DNA of 64,000 nt from Candidatus Bathyarchaeum tardum (GCA_024650005.2 CP122380.1:2080001-2144000); one strand, 5' to 3'; counted from the first letter of the stretch, positions 30,141 to 39,453 are shown. Notes: generated by a model not told the origin, from the letters alone. Numbers and translations are program-made.

Positions 30141-30998
30141 GTGAAGGATATGGAAGGAGCAGAGCTGGTCTTTTTAGGAACAGGAGGCGGAAGGTTCGTA
30201 ACTATCACCCAAAAAAGGCGAACAGGAGGATTCCGGCTCCTAACACAAACAGAAAACATACACGTGGACCCCGGACCAGGAGCTCTTATCTACTCTTTAG
30301 AATCGGGATTAAACCCCCAAAAACTTAAAGCAGTATTAATTTCTCATCGGCACCCTGACCATTACGCCAACGCCGAGGTTCTAGTTGAATCCATGACCCG
30401 GGGAATGCTCAAAAAACGAGGAACTTTAGCGGCACCAACAAACATTCTAGCAGGAGACAGCCAAGCCGGACCGCCAATCTCATTGTATCATCAAAAGATG
30501 ATAAAACAAACAGTAAGCGTGAAACCAGGCGTCAACTTCAAGGTTGGAAACATAAAAATCGTTACTACACAAACTAAACACACAGACCCGGAAACAGTCG
30601 GGTTCAAGTTTGACATCCCAGAAGTCGGAACAATAGGATACACCGCAGACACAGAATATTTTGAAGAAATCAAAGAAGAATACAAAGGTGTTAAACTGCT
30701 CATTCTTTCAGTAATGCGCCCCAACGGAAGTCCATGGACTGGACACATGACCCCCAAAGAAGCCGCATTAATTGCTGAGGCAGTGAAACCAGAAATGGTT
30801 GTTGCAACTCATTTTGGCCTGAAAATGATTTACAGCGGACCTGCTTATGAAATAAAATACATCGAACAAAAAACTGGAGTTCCAGCAGTTGCAGCCTTTG
30901 ATGGAATGAAACTGAAAATAGGCAAAAAAATCACCATAGGAAAACTTAACAGACCCCAACAAAACATCGAAGATTTCCTGAAACGACAAACAAAATGA
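30141..30998 (+). CDS. metallo-beta-lactamase fold hydrolase
   Basis: FLGTGGGR, VDPGPG, SHRHPDH, YTADT and THFG motifs. Confidence 0.88.
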   Translation: MKDMEGAELVFLGTGGGRFVTITQKRRTGGFRLLTQTENIHVDPGPGALIYSLESGLNPQKLKAVLISHRHPDHYANAEVLVESMTRGMLKKRGTLAAPTNILAGDSQAGPPISLYHQKMIKQTVSVKPGVNFKVGNIKIVTTQTKHTDPETVGFKFDIPEVGTIGYTADTEYFEEIKEEYKGVKLLILSVMRPNGSPWTGHMTPKEAALIAEAVKPEMVVATHFGLKMIYSGPAYEIKYIEQKTGVPAVAAFDGMKLKIGKKITIGKLNRPQQNIEDFLKRQTK

Positions 30999-31003
30999 AG
31001 TAG

Positions 31004-32008
31004 TTAAGATTTACCGGACAGAATTATTGCGTACGGGTCATTTGATTTTGTTGGAAAAACTGTTTCTTTACCCTTTTTTACAAGAACTCGAGCCAAATCT
31101 TCAGTAAATTCACCCACAAACCGAGCAGAAATATTGTTCTGATTAAGAATAGCTTCAACTTCAGTTTTAGATACAGGACTAACAGCAACCAAAAAGGTAC
31201 CAGTAGATGACAGGGACAACATCTGCGTATCGGATAACTGATAAGCCGCCCTTAAGAGTTGCACCTCCTCAGGAAACACAAAACTTTCCCAGCAAACCCG
31301 AAAACCAACTTCGGAAGCCTCAGCCAGCTCATTCAAAGCAGAAGTCACCCCACCTTCAGTTGCATCATGCAACGCATGCACCCCATCTAACCCAGCAAGC
31401 AACAATGCCTCTTTGGCGCAACTCTGCAAAGAAATAAGACGAGCTAAATCTTCGGTTCTTTTAGTTCCAAACAAATTTTCAGCTACCATGCTATGAGTCA
31501 AAGCAAAATTTACAGCAGTTTCCAAACCCACTGGTTTTACACACAAAATAAGGTCCTTTGCTTTAGCCCCTGCAGGAGTCTTGAGTTTATCTTTGGTTAT
31601 ATGCCCGTAACCTGTACACACGCCAACAAGGGTTAACAAGCCTTCATAGGTTCCTGTGTGACCAGTAACTATGGTTATTCCCAATTCATCGGCGGCGTTG
31701 CAGGTTTGTTGCATTATTTTTTTGAAAACTTTAGGTTCTGTTAACGGTGGACCCAGCAAATTGATTGTACAAAACTCTGTTTTTGATCCAAACAAAGCGA
31801 TGTCTGAAGCTACGTAGTTAATTAGAAACCAGCCAAAAAAATTCTCTGGAACTCCAATGCAAGGGTCTGTAGAAACAACAAGATACTTGCCGTTGTCTAG
31901 CTGGTGAACTCCGGCGTCAAAACCAAATTGAGGCTTAACAAGAACTCTAGAATCTGGTTTTATGCATCCCAGCAACTGTTTGAGCTCTTTGATTGGAAGC
32001 TTACCCAA
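31004..32008 (-). CDS. AIR synthase-related (HypE/ThiL/PurM superfamily) protein
   Basis: MGKLP, VSTDP, IVTGHT and LHDATEGG motifs. Confidence 0.85.
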   Translation of the reverse strand: MGKLPIKELKQLLGCIKPDSRVLVKPQFGFDAGVHQLDNGKYLVVSTDPCIGVPENFFGWFLINYVASDIALFGSKTEFCTINLLGPPLTEPKVFKKIMQQTCNAADELGITIVTGHTGTYEGLLTLVGVCTGYGHITKDKLKTPAGAKAKDLILCVKPVGLETAVNFALTHSMVAENLFGTKRTEDLARLISLQSCAKEALLLAGLDGVHALHDATEGGVTSALNELAEASEVGFRVCWESFVFPEEVQLLRAAYQLSDTQMLSLSSTGTFLVAVSPVSKTEVEAILNQNNISARFVGEFTEDLARVLVKKGKETVFPTKSNDPYAIILSGKS

Positions 32009-32020
32009 GGTATCTCCTCG

Positions 32021-32539
32021 TTACATGTAAATTTCAAGCACTTTGCTTCGTTTTAACATGTATATGATGTATATGCTTATTACAAGTTCCACTATCAAGT
32101 AGCCGCCGTTGTACACTGCAGAGTAAACTAAAGGATTGCCTTCAGCGAATTCAGCAAAAAAGATTATACCCGAAAAATAATGGGCAACAAATCTGCCGAT
32201 TATTCCCAAAGTTACACCAATAAAGGGACGTTTCTGGAAAAAACCTGCAATCCCCAGTAAACCAAAAGCGATTGGATAGTCAAACAACATTTGAGCAGGA
32301 TGAACAATGAACGGATCAAACACTGCTTGAATCAAACCATACATTAGAGCCCCAAACAACCCAACTTTTGGTCCTCTGCGCAGAGCCAACCACAAAATCG
32401 GCACCATTGAAGCTGCAGTTACTGAACCTCCTTGTGGAAGGCTAAAAATTTTGATGTTACTTAAAACCGTGGCAAGAGCCACAAAAACAACGGTTTCTGC
32501 TATTACTTTTGTTGAAAAACTATTTTTTTGTATATTCAC
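32021..32539 (-). CDS. thiT: energy-coupled thiamine transporter (ECF S component)
   Basis: LPQGGSVT, QMLFDYPIAF and YSAVYNG motifs; TPP riboswitch upstream. Confidence 0.92.
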   Translation of the reverse strand: MNIQKNSFSTKVIAETVVFVALATVLSNIKIFSLPQGGSVTAASMVPILWLALRRGPKVGLFGALMYGLIQAVFDPFIVHPAQMLFDYPIAFGLLGIAGFFQKRPFIGVTLGIIGRFVAHYFSGIIFFAEFAEGNPLVYSAVYNGGYLIVELVISIYIIYMLKRSKVLEIYM

Positions 32540-32544
32540 TTGTT

Positions 32545-32637
32545 TTTCCCTCCGCCAGCATTACCTGGATCAGGTTTTCAGGGTCGACAACACGCTAGTT
32601 GTCCTCTCAGCCGAGTTAACTCAGCTCCCCATGCACC
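32545..32637 (-). ncRNA. TPP riboswitch (THI element)
   Basis: GGGGAGC...GCTGAGAG...GACCCT-GAAAACCTGATCCAGGTAATGCTGGCGGAGGGAA directly 5' of thiT. Confidence 0.93.
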
Positions 32638-32690
32638 TTACCAAAACAAGGAAGCTCTTTATATTTAAACATTAACAGAAACAGATACTG

Positions 32691-32972
32691 TTACCCATGA
32701 TCTTTGGATCCATTAAAAACGGAGGGTTGGCTTTCCCAACTTTTTCTTTCAAGCTTTCTTTCTAGAAATTGCATTAATTCAGGTCTGGATAAATTTTTTA
32801 CATTTATTGTATTATCAGTAAGAGTGTCAGTAATTTTCTGTTCAATTGAAAGTTCGCTATTAAGAACTTGCTCAGCAAAGCGGAAAGAAAAAAATGCGAG
32901 TTTGATCATTTCAATCAAGATACTAAATATTATGGTAATTACAAAACTTTTTATCATAATTAATTTCATCAT
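32691..32972 (-). CDS. small hypothetical protein with N-terminal hydrophobic segment
   Basis: ORF only; AT-rich. Confidence 0.3.
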   Translation of the reverse strand: MMKLIMIKSFVITIIFSILIEMIKLAFFSFRFAEQVLNSELSIEQKITDTLTDNTINVKNLSRPELMQFLERKLERKSWESQPSVFNGSKDHG

Positions 32973-33121
32973 CTAATGCAGCATTATTTTTGTTATTATT
33001 ACTAAAAAGAGAAAATCAATTAAAAGATGATTGTAATTGTTAACCTATAATATATCACAAATCATCACGTATATTAAAAATTAGTAAACTTTAAATCTAA
33101 ACTAATAGTAGTGATTTAATT

Positions 33122-33181
33122 GTGATCGAGAGAGCTGTCCAAAACGGTTCGCTACAGGATAACATTCTTGTACTCGGTCGC
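33122..33181 (+). ncRNA. putative structured RNA (three-way junction) in the 5' leader of the DUF3800 gene
   Basis: P1 GTGATCGAG/CTCGGTCGC, P2 AGCTGT/ACGGTT, P3 TACAGGA/TCTTGTA; TTTAAA box about 25-30 nt upstream. Confidence 0.6.
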
Positions 33182-33195
33182 CTTACTAATTTATT

Positions 33196-34005
33196 ATGTA
33201 TTTACTGTATCTAGATGAATCAAGTGACCCATCTTCATGGGCTGAACATAATCATTTTGTCATTGCAGGTATAGGTGTATACGAGTTTGAAATAGAAAAT
33301 CTGAGAAAAAAACTTGTTGAAATACAGAGAAAATATTTCCCTGAAATTAAAATTCCAATGATTTTTCATGCTACCGAAATTCATTCGGGCAAGAAAAGAT
33401 ATAGAAATTTTCCTAAAGAAAAACGGATGGCACTTTTAAAAGAATTGTATGAAATAATACAAAATGAAAAATTTCCAAAAATAGCAATTTTTGGGGCAGT
33501 ATTAGGAATAGAAAGCGCAAAAAATGCTTATGAAGATCGTAGTAGCACTTTCGAGGAAGTAATTTCTGGATTCAATACCTTTCTAGTGGAAGGATACCGA
33601 ACCCAACGTAGTAAAAGGACAGGATACGGTAACAAGGGATTGATAATTATTGATAAAAATCGCGAAGAACAATATAAACAGCTTCTTGATACCTTCCAAG
33701 AAGAAGGAACAAGGTATGGATATCTAGCTAATATTGTTGACATACCATATTTTGCCCGATGCAAAGATACAACGATGCTACAACTTGCAGATTTATGCTC
33801 ATACGCAATATTTCGATTTTTTGAAAGAAATGATGATACATATCTAAAGATGATTGAACCGCGAATTTACCGAACAAATAGTGGAAGAATGTTTGGGTTA
33901 AAGCATATTACAAATGGCGATTGCAATTGCTTGTCATGTGCTAACCAAAAAATTGTTTATACAGTAAAAATAGATGAAGAAATGGGTTTTGGTGTTAATC
34001 TGTAA
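33196..34005 (+). CDS. DUF3800 domain protein (predicted RNase H-like fold)
   Basis: YLDES, FHATEI and LQLADL motifs; C-terminal CxCxxC. Confidence 0.85.
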   Translation: MYLLYLDESSDPSSWAEHNHFVIAGIGVYEFEIENLRKKLVEIQRKYFPEIKIPMIFHATEIHSGKKRYRNFPKEKRMALLKELYEIIQNEKFPKIAIFGAVLGIESAKNAYEDRSSTFEEVISGFNTFLVEGYRTQRSKRTGYGNKGLIIIDKNREEQYKQLLDTFQEEGTRYGYLANIVDIPYFARCKDTTMLQLADLCSYAIFRFFERNDDTYLKMIEPRIYRTNSGRMFGLKHITNGDCNCLSCANQKIVYTVKIDEEMGFGVNL

Positions 34006-34222
34006 ACTTCAATAAATCTTGAAAGAATCCGACAGCTGATTGTTTCAGCAATTTGGAATGTTGAAAATTCCCTGTAATCGCGAGCCGAAAACTAAGAAAA
34101 AGAAAAAAATTTACTTTGTTATTGTCAGTTTTTGCTGCAGAAATATATGGAATCAAAAATAATCGTCGAGCAACTGGTTCAACAAAATCTTAAACAAGGG
34201 TACCTAAAAGCAGGAAAGTTGT

Positions 34223-34300
34223 GCATGGATTGCTTAGCGTGGATTGAGCACCCACCTACTAAGCGGAAGTTCGAGAGTTCAAATCCCGATCCATGCACCA
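34223..34300 (+). other. tRNA-like element / tRNA pseudogene (apparent anticodon ACT)
   Basis: Perfect GCATGGA/TCCATGC acceptor + A + CCA; D-arm with GG; TTCAAAT T-loop; mismatched anticodon and T stems. Confidence 0.65.
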
Positions 34301-34472
34301 TTTCACATCACAAATACTGTAGTTTTTTCTTTAAATAGTTTGTAAATTGTTTGCAGGAACAGGAACGTTTCTATTAGCTGCCACAATTAGAAGCTAGGTA
34401 ACTTAACTTAACAGTATCACAGAAACAGCCAACCCATAATTGTTATAAACTGTCTTGGATTTAGTTTCTGTT

Positions 34473-34748
34473 ATGTCAAACAAAGTTCATTGTGCACACA
34501 TTCTAGTAAAAACAGAAAAAGAAGTAAACGCAGTCCTAGAACGACTTAAAAAAGGCGAAAAATTCACAGCCATCGCAAAAGACGTGTCCCAGTGCCCCTC
34601 CAAAAAACGTGGTGGAGACCTAGGAACCTTTGGAAGAGGACAAATGGTCAAAGAATTCGAGACAGCAGCCTTTGCATTAGAAAAAGGACAAATCTCAGGA
34701 ATCGTCAAAACACAGTTTGGATATCATATAATCAAGCGGCTCGAGTAA
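34473..34748 (+). CDS. parvulin-type peptidyl-prolyl cis-trans isomerase
   Basis: HILVK, GGDLG, GQMVKEFE and TQFGYHII motifs. Confidence 0.93.
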   Translation: MSNKVHCAHILVKTEKEVNAVLERLKKGEKFTAIAKDVSQCPSKKRGGDLGTFGRGQMVKEFETAAFALEKGQISGIVKTQFGYHIIKRLE

Positions 34749-34845
34749 CTGCGGTTACTTTTCTTCTTATTTTTTTGCTGGGTATACCGTAACAACCATA
34801 TAATACTGAGCAAAAAGTTAGTGACAAGTAGAAAGGCGATTTATT

Positions 34846-36102
34846 ATGGCAGATTACAAAGTTAAAGACATAAACTTGGCTCCTCAAGGAGCATTACTTG
34901 TTGAATGGGCAACAGAACATATGCCTGTTTTGGCTCAAATCAGAAGCAGATTTGAGAAAGAAAAACCCCTGAAAGGAATTACCATTGGGGCTTGTTTGCA
35001 TGTAACCAAAGAAACTGCAGTTTTGGCGTTAACCCTTAAAGCTGGAGGCGCAACCGTTGCATTATGTGGCTCAAACCCGTTATCCACCCAAGATGAAGTG
35101 GCAGCATACCTTGCAACTAAAGGAATTAACGTTTATGCGTGGCGTGACCAACCTACTGACGATTACTTCTGGTGCATAAACCAAGTTTTGGACTACAAAC
35201 CCCAAGTCACCATGGACGATGGCGCAGATGTCGTAGGAATCTTGCACAAAGAACGAAAAGATCTCATAAATAACGTAATCGGAGGAACAGAAGAAACCAC
35301 CACTGGAGTCATTCGCCTACGAGCCATGGAACAAGATAATGCCCTCAAATATCCAATCATCGCAGTTAATGATGCTTACACAAAATACCTCTTTGACAAC
35401 CGTTACGGTACTGGACAAAGCACCATCGACGGCATACTCAGGGCTACAAGCGTGCTGATTGCAGGCAAATACTTTGTCGTCGCAGGATACGGCTGGTGTG
35501 GACGAGGACTAGCCATGCGAGCAAAAGGCATGGGCGCAAAAGTAATTGTTACCGAGGTAGACGCAACAAAAGCTTTGGAAGCAGTAATGGACGGCTTTCT
35601 AGTAATGCCCATGGATGAAGCAGCAGAACTTGGAGACATTTTTGTTACCCTCACAGGAAACACCAGCGTCATCCGAAAGGAACACATGGAAAAAATGAAA
35701 GACGGCGCCATAGTTGCCAACAGCGGCCACTTTAACGTTGAAATCGACATTCAAGATCTCGAAAAAATAGCCAAATCCAAAAGAACTCTACGACCAAACC
35801 TAGAAGAGTATACCTTGCAAGATGGAAAGAGAATTCATTTACTTGCTGAAGGTCGATTGGTCAATCTTGCGTCTGCAGAAGGACATCCTTCTGAAGTTAT
35901 GGACATGTCTTTTGCAAATCAAGCCCTGAATGCTGAATACTTGGTAAAAAACAAAGGATTAGAAATTAAGGTTTATCGTGTTCCTCAGGAAATCGATGAG
36001 TTAGTTGCAGGTCTGAAATTGCAAGCCTTAGGCGTAAGTATTGACGAATTAACAGAAAAACAGAAAAAATACCTAGCAACATGGGATGAAGGAACTATCT
36101 GA
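34846..36102 (+). CDS. ahcY: adenosylhomocysteinase
   Basis: [25 protein letters not shown] and [11 protein letters not shown] motifs. Confidence 0.97.
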   Translation: MADYKVKDINLAPQGALLVEWATEHMPVLAQIRSRFEKEKPLKGITIGACLHVTKETAVLALTLKAGGATVALCGSNPLSTQDEVAAYLATKGINVYAWRDQPTDDYFWCINQVLDYKPQVTMDDGADVVGILHKERKDLINNVIGGTEETTTGVIRLRAMEQDNALKYPIIAVNDAYTKYLFDNRYGTGQSTIDGILRATSVLIAGKYFVVAGYGWCGRGLAMRAKGMGAKVIVTEVDATKALEAVMDGFLVMPMDEAAELGDIFVTLTGNTSVIRKEHMEKMKDGAIVANSGHFNVEIDIQDLEKIAKSKRTLRPNLEEYTLQDGKRIHLLAEGRLVNLASAEGHPSEVMDMSFANQALNAEYLVKNKGLEIKVYRVPQEIDELVAGLKLQALGVSIDELTEKQKKYLATWDEGTI

Positions 36103-36167
36103 ATTAACAATAAAGCTTATAATATGGTTACTGATAGAGATGGACTACATCGTGGTGAATAAAAGAA

Positions 36168-36443
36168 ATGGTTAGTAAAGATCAAGCCATCGGATGGATT
36201 ATTTTTCTGGTCTGTGCAATAATTGCACTTGGTTACACTGTTAGCATGATTTGGCCAAGCGAAGTAACTGACTTACTTGGATGGAACATGGGATCACAAA
36301 CATTCAGACTATACTTGGTTGCAGTTCCAGTATTGATCGCTTTCGTTGCAGTGTTAGCTATCGGTGCATGGATTGGCTGGACAATGGGAACCACTCCACC
36401 TCCTAGACCAATCGAAGACATTGAAACCGAAAGCTCAGACTAA
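36168..36443 (+). CDS. small two-TM membrane protein, DPM2-like
   Basis: Two TM helices; DQAIG...YT and RLYLVAVP patterns resemble eukaryotic DPM2. Confidence 0.6.
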   Translation: MVSKDQAIGWIIFLVCAIIALGYTVSMIWPSEVTDLLGWNMGSQTFRLYLVAVPVLIAFVAVLAIGAWIGWTMGTTPPPRPIEDIETESSD

Positions 36444-36496
36444 AAAAACAAAATCCCTATTTTCTTCTTTCCTTTTTAATTTTGGTAGTGTTACAA

Positions 36497-37249
36497 ATGG
36501 ATAAAGTCAAAGGAATTGTTCTATGTGGAGGAAAAGGTACACGCCTCAGACCTCTTACTCATTATATTCAAAAAACAATGGTTCCAGTGGGACTAAAACA
36601 AAAACCCCTTCTAGAATATGTTGTTATGCTGTTCAAGCGTCACGGCATTAAAGATATGGTGTTTTTAGTAAACTACAAGTCAGAGCAGATAACTAACTAC
36701 TTTGAAGACGGCTCCAGATTTGGAGTAAACATCACATACGTCAAAGATGACCCAAATTCAAAAGGAACCGCGGGAGCATTATTAACTGCATATAACCAAG
36801 GAGCAGTCAACAAAGATGAAACCTTGCTTGTGTATTATGGAGACATAGTAACAGACATGGACCTTTCAGAACTACTAGATTACCACACCAGCAACAAAGC
36901 TTGGACCACCGTTGCATTGTCTTCAGGTTTCAAAGTTAGAGTTGGCGTAGCAAGTCTAGATGATAACTCAAAGATCATTGGATTTGAAGAAAAACCAGTT
37001 TTGAAAAAACCAGTAAGTATTGGCATTTCAGTACTGAAAGGCCAATTACTTGAAGTAATGAAACAACTAAAAGGAGACAATCCTGAACTGGATTTTATGG
37101 GAGAAGTTTTGCCCCATTTACTAAAAGAGGAAAAGTCAGTTTATGGTTATGTTTCCCCCGCTTTCTGGTACGATGTTTTGAGTATAGAAGCTTACGAAAA
37201 ACTGGACCAAAAACTAGTAGACGACCTATTTAAGGACATTTTGGGCTAA
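36497..37249 (+). CDS. sugar-phosphate nucleotidyltransferase (mannose-1-phosphate guanylyltransferase-like)
   Basis: LCGGKGTRLRPLT, GTAGAL, YGD and FEEKP motifs. Confidence 0.88.
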   Translation: MDKVKGIVLCGGKGTRLRPLTHYIQKTMVPVGLKQKPLLEYVVMLFKRHGIKDMVFLVNYKSEQITNYFEDGSRFGVNITYVKDDPNSKGTAGALLTAYNQGAVNKDETLLVYYGDIVTDMDLSELLDYHTSNKAWTTVALSSGFKVRVGVASLDDNSKIIGFEEKPVLKKPVSIGISVLKGQLLEVMKQLKGDNPELDFMGEVLPHLLKEEKSVYGYVSPAFWYDVLSIEAYEKLDQKLVDDLFKDILG

Positions 37250-37377
37250 TATTACCCAATTTTTTATGTCGTTAACGTGATCTTTGCGTTAATTGCCCCA
37301 TGGAGGGCTACCTTCTTTTTATTTGTTGCTCATAACTTTTATAAACCGTTGCATGCGTTAGTAGGACTATTACTGGT

Positions 37378-37629
37378 GTGATTTCATTGGAACCAAGTAG
37401 AAAACCTTTGAATGCGTTAATCAAACAGATGCACAGTTTCGTAGCTATTGTCCTAAAAAATGGAGTAGAATACCGAGGCACCATGGTCCGTTGCGACAGC
37501 CACATGAACGTGCTACTAGAAAAAGCAACCGAACGAGTTAACGACAAATTGACCGCCAACTACGGAAGCATCCTCCTACGAGGAAACAACATACTGTACA
37601 TTTGTGTCGACATGCCCCCTGAAAAATAA
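37378..37629 (+). CDS. Sm-like archaeal protein (SmAP/Lsm)
   Basis: Sm1 motif LKNG...DSHMN and Sm2 motif LLRGNNI. Confidence 0.92.
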   Translation: MISLEPSRKPLNALIKQMHSFVAIVLKNGVEYRGTMVRCDSHMNVLLEKATERVNDKLTANYGSILLRGNNILYICVDMPPEK

Positions 37630-37670
37630 CTAAATAACACAGATTATTTGTTCAGTTTGCCCAGGTCACG

Positions 37671-38576
37671 TTAGTTTTTGTAGTCTTCATTGACATAAGC
37701 TAGGGCATCTTCTAACTTGTTTTTGAAGTCATATTTTCGCTGGAAAAACGTCAGAACATTTTGAAGGTCCCGTTCTAGTAATTCTTTTGCGTTCGGATGT
37801 TTAAGAGAAATGTTTTGCGGCCAATCAATTATGAGAATGTGCTGGTTTGGCTGAACTATAATGTTGTATGGGCTGAGGTCACCATGAATCATTTTGACTT
37901 TTTGGTATGTTATTTTCACGTTAGCTAGTATCTCGTCATAGGTTGCGTGGGCATCTTCCAATACAGGGTTACGAAAAAGCTCTGCACCTTCTATCAAGCT
38001 CATAACTAAAACATGGCGATTTTGCATGATTGGTTTGGGAACAGAAACTCCTTGGGGATGTAACAGTTTCAGGGCAGCGTATTCTTTTTTGGCCGAGATA
38101 TGAGACTGGTGGTGCCAGTCCGGAGTGTAACTGTATTTTGTGGTATAGTTTCGTTTAAGTTTAGTTTTTTTGAAACTTGTTCGCCCGATACGATGAAACT
38201 TTAAAGCCACTGGGGTTTCATCAGGTGCAAGTGCCTCATAAACATCGGATTCTTTTCCAACCCCCAAAGGCTTGCCAAGGGCTGTGATTATGTTGGCAGT
38301 TACAAGAGCATTAATAGCCAGAATATCATGCCCTGCTGTCGTTAATCGATAGCCAATATATTTTCCGCCCCAACCTTGCACTAAACGTTTTTTCATCAAA
38401 AGGGGTAATCGATAATCTAGCTCCGAAAACGGAATTTGTGCCTGATTTTGGATGGCATCTTTTGGTGCATATTCATAATTTTTCATTTGCTGTTCAAGGG
38501 CTTGCAGTAGATGAAAGTCTTCAGGGTCAAGGTTACGAAAGGATCTAACAGCAATGTGAATAGTAGACATAGTCAA
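37671..38576 (-). CDS. rio2: RIO2-family serine kinase
   Basis: N-terminal wHTH (GYRLT), GVGKESDVY, HGDLSPYN and IIDWPQ motifs. Confidence 0.92.
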   Translation of the reverse strand: MTMSTIHIAVRSFRNLDPEDFHLLQALEQQMKNYEYAPKDAIQNQAQIPFSELDYRLPLLMKKRLVQGWGGKYIGYRLTTAGHDILAINALVTANIITALGKPLGVGKESDVYEALAPDETPVALKFHRIGRTSFKKTKLKRNYTTKYSYTPDWHHQSHISAKKEYAALKLLHPQGVSVPKPIMQNRHVLVMSLIEGAELFRNPVLEDAHATYDEILANVKITYQKVKMIHGDLSPYNIIVQPNQHILIIDWPQNISLKHPNAKELLERDLQNVLTFFQRKYDFKNKLEDALAYVNEDYKN

Positions 38577-38620
38577 CCAGTATTTGTGAAATCTTCACTT
38601 AAAGCAGTTTACTGCAGGCA

Positions 38621-39145
38621 TTAAAGAAAAAAGGCCATTCGATACTCGTCACGATATTTGCCGTTGACGTAACTTGCTTTGTGGAAAGTTCCTTCAGTTA
38701 TAAATCCTGCTTTTTTGTACAAATGAATGGCCCGGTCATTTTCAGCACTTACGTTTAGATGAATTTTTTTCAACTTTTTGGTTCGGGCAACATTAATTAT
38801 GTGTTTGAGCAAAGCATTACCGATACCCATATTCTGGTAATCATCATGAACAGTAAGCCCCAACTCAGCTTTGTGTTTCAAAGGTTTTTGGGAATTAAAC
38901 TTTAATGAGGTTGAACCAATGATTCGTTGTTTATCTTTCTCAGTTAACACTGCAACAATTGCTAACAGTTCATCATAATCGATCTCATTTGTCCAGTTTT
39001 CTATACGGTCTCGAGGAAACGGAGGAAGCAGATACGATGCACTTTTTTTGGAAAGGGTTGAAAACATTACCCACAACATTTCAGTATCATCAGGTTGTTC
39101 GGGTCGAAAAATGATTTTTAACCCATTTTTTGTAGTGAATTCCAT
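38621..39145 (-). CDS. GNAT family N-acetyltransferase
   Basis: VHDDYQNMGIG and NDRAIHLYKKAGF motifs. Confidence 0.9.
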   Translation of the reverse strand: MEFTTKNGLKIIFRPEQPDDTEMLWVMFSTLSKKSASYLLPPFPRDRIENWTNEIDYDELLAIVAVLTEKDKQRIIGSTSLKFNSQKPLKHKAELGLTVHDDYQNMGIGNALLKHIINVARTKKLKKIHLNVSAENDRAIHLYKKAGFITEGTFHKASYVNGKYRDEYRMAFFL

Positions 39146-39147
39146 TC

Positions 39148-39257
39148 CATCGAGTTGGATAATCCATTAGTTTATCAACCGTTCATTATTTTTGGGTATG
39201 TCACAGTAGACAAGCCAAGGCATCGAGTTGGATAATCCATTAGTTTATCAACCGTTC
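39148..39257. repeat. two identical 37-bp repeats separated by a 36-bp unique spacer
   Basis: CATCGAGTTGGATAATCCATTAGTTTATCAACCGTTC at 39148-39184 and 39221-39257. Confidence 0.9.
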
Positions 39258-39453
39258 TCAAAAGAACAGTATTTTATGAATAGGTTATTGAAACTTTTGT
39301 TGAATTAATGGGTTACAGAAATATCACATACTATATAGCCTATATAGATTATATGGTTAAAGTATATATTTTTGGATCATATAGGAGAGACATGAAAAAA
39401 AGAAAAGTAAGCGCAAGCTAGAAACCAAAAGAAGGGCAGAGGTGAAAAAATAA

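Noticed and set aside
34251-34267. CTA triplets in the tRNA-like loop suggesting tRNA-Pyl
   Set aside because: Canonical register gives ACT; D-arm and stem geometry are not Pyl-like; no pyl genes in the window
34132-34338. 68-aa ORF spanning the tRNA-like element; similar ORFs over tRNA-Leu (26580..26855)
   Set aside because: They overlap structured RNA and have no coding features
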